DNA of 64,000 nucleotides from Alphaproteobacteria bacterium GM202ARS2 (GTDB lineage Bacteria; Pseudomonadota; Alphaproteobacteria; GM7ARS4): NCBI GenBank assembly GCA_014323835.1, contig JACONH010000001.1, positions 27,009 to 91,008 of the forward strand, read 5' to 3'. Shown piece by piece: positions 58,557 to 64,000 of this stretch (position 1 is its first letter; each line of letters starts with the position of its first letter). The notes under the pieces were generated by a model. It saw only the letters and a program-made list of their open reading frames with translations, ran no database searches and was not told where the DNA came from. The position numbers and the translations under genes were made by a program.

Positions 58557-59973
58557 GGTCTTTGGCTTTTTTTTGTCGTTGTTTCTGCCACCATTCGAGG
58601 CGTTTGTTGATGTCTCGTTCGAATCCTCGTGGTGCGGGCTGATAGAATTGTCGTCGCGCCATGTTCTGTGGAAAGCAATCGTAGCCAGAAAAGGCGTGCT
58701 CGTGGTTGTGGTCGTACGCGTAGCCTTTCGCGTAGCCCATTTTTTTCATCATGTCTGTGGGCGCGTTCAACAGAGCCATTTTTGGCGGCAGAGACGGTGT
58801 GTCTTGGGCTGCTCGCTCGGCATCCTGCCAAGCACGATAAGCCGCATTCGATTTTGGTGCTGTCGCCAGATAAATGACGGCATGGGCAAGGGCAAGGTCT
58901 CCTTCGGGAGAGCCCAGTCGCATATAAGAGTCCCATGCTGCTAAAGCAACGCCCAAAGCATGCGGGTCGGCAAGACCAATATCCTCGCTGGCAAAACGAG
59001 TCAGACGTCGAGCAACAAAAGAAGCGTCCTCGCCTGCGTGCAACGTCCGAGCCAGCCAATACAACGCCGCATCGACATCCGATGCCCGCAACGACTTGTG
59101 GAGCACGCTCGCTAAATTATAGTGTGCATCTCGGTCTTTGTCATGCAACGGCAGATGCTTGTGCACCAAACGCTCGACGTCCTCCCAAGCCATCACGCCC
59201 TTATCCTTGCGACTCTCGTTATAAGCATAGAGAACAGCAAGACGATTAAGCAAAACCCGCGCATCGCCCGAACACAAACGAATCAATTTGTGTCGGTCTT
59301 CTTGTGCTAAGGGCAAAGGGGTTGCGGTCTCCTTTTCTGCTCGCGCAAGAACACGGAGCAAAGCATCGTCACTTAAAGCCTTCAGGCGCATAACATGACA
59401 GCGAGATAAAAGCGCGCCGTTCAATTCGAAGGAAGGATTCTCGGTGGTAGACCCCAATAACACGATTGTGCCGTCCTCGATGTAGGGCAGAAACAAATCC
59501 TGTTGTGCCCGATTGAAACGATGAATCTCATCGATAAAGAGGATGCTCCCCTGCCCTTGTTGCTTTCTTTTTTGGCTCTCCTTAAAGAGAACACGCAATT
59601 CGCTTGTGCCACTGGCGACTGCAGAGACAACCATGACAGTATGCTGACTTTTTTCAGCAATCAGACGAGCAAGGGTCGTCTTGCCACAGCCCGGCGGGCC
59701 CCATAAAATCAGCGAAGCCATCTCGCTAGAAGACATGGACTCGGCAGGGGATTGAGTCAACTGGCGGATGAAACTGCCCTCTCCTTGTTCATCGAAAAGA
59801 TGCTCCTGTCCATAAAGGTCTTCGAAACGACGTGGACGCAATCTTTCTGCCAAAGGAGCCCTTACGGGCGGAGACCCTGCGGTCGTAGACCCTACGGGCG
59901 GAGCCCCCAAGGGCTTGCCCTGTTGGCTCTGTGCGGGGCGGGGCGTATCAGAAAAAAGCGAGGATGACGACAA
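58546..59973 (-). CDS. rarA: Replication-associated recombination protein A (AAA+ ATPase RarA/MgsA) with a ~40-aa Pro-rich N-terminal extension
   Basis: LAERLRPRRFEDLYGQEHL...LILWGPPGCGKTTLARLIA...ILFIDEIHRFNRAQQD. The N-terminal extension is PLGAPPVGSTTAGSPPVRAP. Confidence 0.9.
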   Translation of the reverse strand: MSSSSLFSDTPRPAQSQQGKPLGAPPVGSTTAGSPPVRAPLAERLRPRRFEDLYGQEHLFDEQGEGSFIRQLTQSPAESMSSSEMASLILWGPPGCGKTTLARLIAEKSQHTVMVVSAVASGTSELRVLFKESQKRKQQGQGSILFIDEIHRFNRAQQDLFLPYIEDGTIVLLGSTTENPSFELNGALLSRCHVMRLKALSDDALLRVLARAEKETATPLPLAQEDRHKLIRLCSGDARVLLNRLAVLYAYNESRKDKGVMAWEDVERLVHKHLPLHDKDRDAHYNLASVLHKSLRASDVDAALYWLARTLHAGEDASFVARRLTRFASEDIGLADPHALGVALAAWDSYMRLGSPEGDLALAHAVIYLATAPKSNAAYRAWQDAERAAQDTPSLPPKMALLNAPTDMMKKMGYAKGYAYDHNHEHAFSGYDCFPQNMARRQFYQPAPRGFERDINKRLEWWQKQRQKKAKDHEN

Positions 59974-60002
59974 AGAAACAAGCCTCTCACGCTATAATCG
60001 TT

Positions 60003-60425
60003 TTACTTCTTTTTGGGCGTATCGTGCTCTTTTTCGGAGGACGGCGGGGTGGATGACGGCACCTTTTCCGGACGTTCTAAGAGTTCGATGATAGCCATAG
60101 GTGCGCCGTCGCCATAACGGAAGCCTGCTTTGATGATTCGTGTGTAGCCGCCCGCTCGCTGTGCGTAGCGTGGAGCAAGTTCCTTATAGAGTTTTCGCAC
60201 GGATGCGCCGTCTCGCAAATAAGCAAAGGCGCGTCGTTGCCGATGGAGCGTGCCTTTTTTTGCTCCGGTAATAAGTTTTTCCACGACCGGGCGTGTTTCT
60301 TTTGCCTTCGGCAGAGTCGTCTTGATAGACTCGTGCTCAATCAGCGCTTGGGCTAGACCGCTCAACAACGCCTTGCGTTCCGATGATGTGCGCCCCAAAA
60401 GGCGTCCGTGCATTCTATGGCGCAT
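60003..60425 (-). CDS. rplQ: 50S ribosomal protein L17
   Basis: [43 protein letters not shown]. Confidence 0.95.
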   Translation of the reverse strand: MRHRMHGRLLGRTSSERKALLSGLAQALIEHESIKTTLPKAKETRPVVEKLITGAKKGTLHRQRRAFAYLRDGASVRKLYKELAPRYAQRAGGYTRIIKAGFRYGDGAPMAIIELLERPEKVPSSTPPSSEKEHDTPKKK

Positions 60426-61451
60426 CTACAAAATATCCTCATTCACTTTTTTGACCAGCTCCTCGATGTTCTCGGGGGGCCAGCCCTCTACGTGCATGCC
60501 AAGAGAAAGACCCATCTGCTGCAGCGTGTCTTTAATCTCATTAAGAGATTTTCTCCCAAAATTAGGCGTGCCAAGCAAGTCATTTTCCGTCTTTTGCACC
60601 AAATCGCCAACATAGTGGATACGCAAATGCTCGCTCTTCAAGCAGTTGGCAGAGCGTACCGACAACTCCATATCGTCCACCTTGTAAAGAAGAGACTTCT
60701 GGAACGGAAAGTCGCTCTCACGCTTTTCTTGGATACGCTTCTTCGGCTCTTCAAACTGAATAAAGACTTGCAATTGATCCTGCAAAATACGCGCCGCATA
60801 GCCAAGAGCCAACTCAGGTGTCACAGAACCATCCGTCTCCACATCCATAATCAAGCGGTCATAATCTGTCTTATCATCCACACGAGAGTCTTCCACAGTG
60901 TAATTGACATGACGCACAGGAGAATACAACGCGTCAATAAGAATCGTACCAAGAGGCAAGTCAGTTTCTTTGCGGTTGCCGGCGAACACGTAGCCTTTGC
61001 CATTTTCGACAGTCATTTCCATCATAAATTTGACGTTACTATCGAGGGTGCAGATGACGTGCTCGGGGTCGAGAATATCGATTTTATGTGTCTGTTCGCA
61101 GTCTTTTGCTCGCAGGGGCCCCGCTTTGTTGCCCTTGAGAATGAGTTTTGCTGGTGCTTCGCTGTTCAGTCTGAGGCGTAACCCTTTAATGTTAAGAACA
61201 ATGTTGGTCACGTCCTCTTCGACTCCATCGATAGACGAGAATTCGTGGAGGACGTTGTCGATTCGCACTGTTGTGACGGCAGAGCCTTGCAGAGATGACA
61301 GGAGTATGCGTCTTAGGGCGTTGCCTAAGGTTAAGCCAAATCCTCGTTCTAGGGGTTCGATGGTGATTCGCCCTCTTCTGTTGCGCTCATCGAGTTCTTT
61401 GATGGTTCTTCTTTCAGGCTTGATGAGTGCTTCCCAGTTGTTTTCTATCAT
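60426..61451 (-). CDS. rpoA: DNA-directed RNA polymerase subunit alpha
   Basis: [19 protein letters not shown]...[24 protein letters not shown] is a canonical RpoA NTD. 341 aa. Confidence 0.96.
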   Translation of the reverse strand: MIENNWEALIKPERRTIKELDERNRRGRITIEPLERGFGLTLGNALRRILLSSLQGSAVTTVRIDNVLHEFSSIDGVEEDVTNIVLNIKGLRLRLNSEAPAKLILKGNKAGPLRAKDCEQTHKIDILDPEHVICTLDSNVKFMMEMTVENGKGYVFAGNRKETDLPLGTILIDALYSPVRHVNYTVEDSRVDDKTDYDRLIMDVETDGSVTPELALGYAARILQDQLQVFIQFEEPKKRIQEKRESDFPFQKSLLYKVDDMELSVRSANCLKSEHLRIHYVGDLVQKTENDLLGTPNFGRKSLNEIKDTLQQMGLSLGMHVEGWPPENIEELVKKVNEDIL

Positions 61452-61515
61452 GGTCTCCTCGAGTGGATAGTGTTCTTGTTTGTAGGTGGGGTTGGTGTCA
61501 GCATGGGTCTTATGT

Positions 61516-61911
61516 TTAGACTCGCCGACGTTTTGGTGGTCGACATCCGTTATGGGGAATGGGTGTTACATCACGGATAGATTTAATGGTAAACCCGACA
61601 GCTTTCAAGGCTCGTAAGGCTGATTCTCTTCCTGATCCTGGCCCGTTGATGCGGACATCGAGGAACTGCATGCCATGTTCCTGTGCTTTTTCGCCGGCTT
61701 TTTCTGCTGCCACCTGTGCAGCATAAGGAGTCGATTTACGCGAGCCCTTAAAACCTTCGCCGCCAGCTGACGCCCACGATATGGTATTACCATTATTATC
61801 GGTGATATTGATAATGGTATTATTGAACGTGGCGCGCACGTGAGCGATGCCAGCAATAATGTTCTTGCGTTGCCTACGCTTAATGCGTTCTTTGCCCTTT
61901 GGTGTTGCCAT
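61516..61911 (-). CDS. rpsK: 30S ribosomal protein S11
   Basis: ...[45 protein letters not shown]. Confidence 0.95.
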   Translation of the reverse strand: MATPKGKERIKRRQRKNIIAGIAHVRATFNNTIINITDNNGNTISWASAGGEGFKGSRKSTPYAAQVAAEKAGEKAQEHGMQFLDVRINGPGSGRESALRALKAVGFTIKSIRDVTPIPHNGCRPPKRRRV

Positions 61912-62279
61912 TAAACTTTCTTGCCCGCAATCGGTTTCGCACGCCCTCGACGGGTACGAGCATTCGTATGAGTCCTCTGACCACGAGTCGGCAACGAACG
62001 GCGATGACGCAAGCCCCGATAGCAGCCAATATCCATCAAGTGCTTCATATTCATCGAGACATCTCGCCGCAAATCGCCTTCGACCTTATAGGATTCTTCG
62101 ATGACATGACGAATTGCCGAGACTTGCTCATCATTCAGCGAATCGACGCGCGTGCTCCCTTCAATGCCCGCTTGGGCACATATCTTCGCACCCGTCGTCA
62201 GGCCTATCCCATGAATATACGTCAAAGCAATAGAGACGCGTTTATTGTTCGGTATGTTCACACCGGCAATGCGAGCCAT
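61911..62279 (-). CDS. rpsM: 30S ribosomal protein S13
   Basis: [34 protein letters not shown]. Confidence 0.95.
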   Translation of the reverse strand: MARIAGVNIPNNKRVSIALTYIHGIGLTTGAKICAQAGIEGSTRVDSLNDEQVSAIRHVIEESYKVEGDLRRDVSMNMKHLMDIGCYRGLRHRRSLPTRGQRTHTNARTRRGRAKPIAGKKV

Positions 62280-62342
62280 CGTATGGTCCTCGTGAAAGTA
62301 ATTATCTCAATAGACACTAAAATGCTTCTAGCGTCAACATGT

Positions 62343-62999
62343 TTAGGATGCAAGCACTGAATCAATGCGTTTTTGCACCGCAGCAATGTCAGCCATCGCA
62401 TCAATATGGCTGATAGAACACGCCTGTTCTTGATAGTAAACAAGTAAGGGGTCGGCTTGTTGGTGATAGAGGTGTAAGCGTTCTCGCACAACCTCTTCTT
62501 TGTCGTCACTACGCTGTTTCAGGGTGTTTTTTCTACCACATCGGTCGCAGGTATCCGCATGCTTGGGCGGATGATAGAGCATATTATAGACCGCTCCACA
62601 ATGGGTACAGGAAAAGCGATGGCTAATGCGTTTCACCAACACATCATCATCGACATCGAGAACAATAATTTTGTCGATAGAAGTGCCCTCCTCTCGTAGC
62701 ATCGTCTGTAACGCTTGGGCTTGTTGTGTGGTGCGGGGAAAACCATCGAGAATAAATCCTCGTTGCTCTCGCACCAGCCCATGGATAGGGTGGCGAATCA
62801 ATTGAATCATCGTCTCGTCATCGACGAGTTTGCCCTGTTCGAGGATTTCTTTGACTTTTTTTCCCAAAACGGAAGCTTTTGCGACTTCTTCTCGGAGGAG
62901 ATCGCCGCTGGCAAGCCAATGGAGATGATAGTGCTGATTGATGTACTGCGCGTTGGTGCCTTTTCCTGCACCGGGTGGCCCTATGAGGAGCAGATTCAT
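62343..62999 (-). CDS. adk: Adenylate kinase with a zinc-finger lid
   Basis: MNLLLIGPPGAGKGTNAQYI P-loop. The lid is CTHCGAVYNMLYHPPKHADTCDRCG with four Cys. Confidence 0.94.
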   Translation of the reverse strand: MNLLLIGPPGAGKGTNAQYINQHYHLHWLASGDLLREEVAKASVLGKKVKEILEQGKLVDDETMIQLIRHPIHGLVREQRGFILDGFPRTTQQAQALQTMLREEGTSIDKIIVLDVDDDVLVKRISHRFSCTHCGAVYNMLYHPPKHADTCDRCGRKNTLKQRSDDKEEVVRERLHLYHQQADPLLVYYQEQACSISHIDAMADIAAVQKRIDSVLAS

Positions 63000-64000
63000 C
63001 GTCTTGCGCGAGCACCACGCAGGCGGGCGTGCTTGATAAGACCTTCATATTGGTGCGCAATCAAATGGGATTGCACCTGAGCCATCGTATCCATGCTGAC
63101 GCTGACGACAATCAGAAGAGACGTACCGCCAAAATAAAATGGTAAGGCATACTCCGCTATCAGATACTCGGGTAGCAAGCACACAGCAGCAAGATAAATT
63201 GAGCCGAGGGTCGTCAAGCGAGTCAAAATGTAGTCGATATAGTCTGCCGTATGACCACCCGGACGTATGCCCGGGATATAACCGCCATGTTTCCGCAAAT
63301 TTTCTGCCGTCTCCTGCGGATTAAAAACAAGGGCGGTATAGAAAAAGGCAAAGAAAATAATAAGAGCCATATAGATGCTGGTATAGACGGGCTGCCCGGG
63401 CCCGCCGAGAAACGTCGAGAAGTTATAAAGCCATTCGGGGCCCCCCGCGGCGTTGAGTTGTCCGACAGTGGACGGCAAAAGCAACAAAGAACTGGCAAAT
63501 ATGGGCGGAATAACTCCTGCCGAATTCAACTTGAGAGGCATGTGACTGGCTTCACCACCAAGAATTTTATTGCCACTTTGTCGCTTGGGATATTGCACGA
63601 TAAGGCGTCTCTGGGCGCGTTCCATAAACACAATGAAAGCGATAACAGAAATCGCCATGAACAGAAAAAAGATAAGCAGACCCGTAGACAAGGCACCGCT
63701 ACGTCCAAGGTCAAAGGTAGCAGCAAGAGCCGAAGGAAGCTCGGCAACGATACCAGCAAAGATAATCAGCGATATGCCGTTGCCAATACCGCGCTGGGTA
63801 ATTTGCTCGCCAAGCCACATCAAGAAAATAGTGCCGCCAACCAGCGTGATGACCGTCGAATAGCGGAATAAAGCCCCCGAATCGATGACTACAGGGCCAA
63901 AGGACGCCTGAAATGTCTCCAAGCCAATAGCGATGCCATAACCCTGCAGAGCAGCAAGAAAAACCGTGCCATAGCGTGTGTATTGATTGATTTTTTTGCG
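62996..64000 (-). CDS. secY: Preprotein translocase subunit SecY, partial. The C-terminal ~335 aa are in the window; the N-terminus lies beyond 64000.
   Basis: ...WLGEQITQRGIGNGISLIIFAGIVA...FYTALVFNPQETAENLRKHGGYIPGIRPG...YFGGTSLLIVVSV aligns to E. coli SecY from residue ~130 on. The track 'M' at 63922 is a TTG. The frame stays open to the window end. Confidence 0.9.
   Translation of the reverse strand, partial: RKKINQYTRYGTVFLAALQGYGIAIGLETFQASFGPVVIDSGALFRYSTVITLVGGTIFLMWLGEQITQRGIGNGISLIIFAGIVAELPSALAATFDLGRSGALSTGLLIFFLFMAISVIAFIVFMERAQRRLIVQYPKRQSGNKILGGEASHMPLKLNSAGVIPPIFASSLLLLPSTVGQLNAAGGPEWLYNFSTFLGGPGQPVYTSIYMALIIFFAFFYTALVFNPQETAENLRKHGGYIPGIRPGGHTADYIDYILTRLTTLGSIYLAAVCLLPEYLIAEYALPFYFGGTSLLIVVSVSMDTMAQVQSHLIAHQYEGLIKHARLRGARARR

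Overview
This window is core chromosome from a GC-rich alphaproteobacterium. Ankyrin-repeat genes and accessory-like content suggest a host-associated or intracellular lifestyle. The backbone is classical alphaproteobacterial synteny. On the minus strand near the start: fabI-aroC-hisI. On the plus strand: rpsB-tsf-pyrH-frr-uppS-cdsA-dxr-rseP-bamA-skp-lpxD-fabZ-lpxA-lpxI-lpxB. On the minus strand: metG-tatD-MBL hydrolase, holB-tmk, rlpA-mltB, nadC-nadA, eno, kdsA, pyrG, secG, tpiA-serS-tatCBA-scpBA, hflX, trkA-dusB-argG, pccA-pccB, rluC, rarA and the ribosomal/RNAP cluster secY-adk-rpsM-rpsK-rpoA-rplQ. No rRNA, tRNA, CRISPR, IS or transposase was seen.

The most notable non-genic signal is a family of at least 15 copies of a 16-bp palindrome matching the canonical chromosomal centromere (ParB-binding) consensus parS, TGTTTCACGTGAAACA. 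It occurs as single sites and as two sopC-like tandem arrays of 5-6 phased copies, each unit carrying a T-tract. Every copy lies roughly 20-300 bp upstream of a minus-strand gene. Three of those genes are paralogous small ankyrin-repeat genes. Some copies are embedded in an extended 34-bp palindrome, AATAGGAATTGTTTCACGTGAAACAATTCCTATT.

A second notable region is an AT-rich island at about 20.9-24.4 kb. It carries tandem tiny hydrophobic peptide genes, an HExxH protein, a 3-TM GTA/phage-type holin and a DUF4268 protein with a PD-(D/E)XK-like domain whose catalytic residues look degenerate.

Other oddities: a 4x YegP/DUF1508 repeat protein, an orphan 603-aa protein followed by rubredoxin, a lysine-rich repeat tail on ribosomal protein S2, and homopolymeric G/C tracts.

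The supplied ORF track sometimes translates TTG/GTG starts as M. Many listed ORFs on the strand opposite to these genes are GC-driven artefacts.
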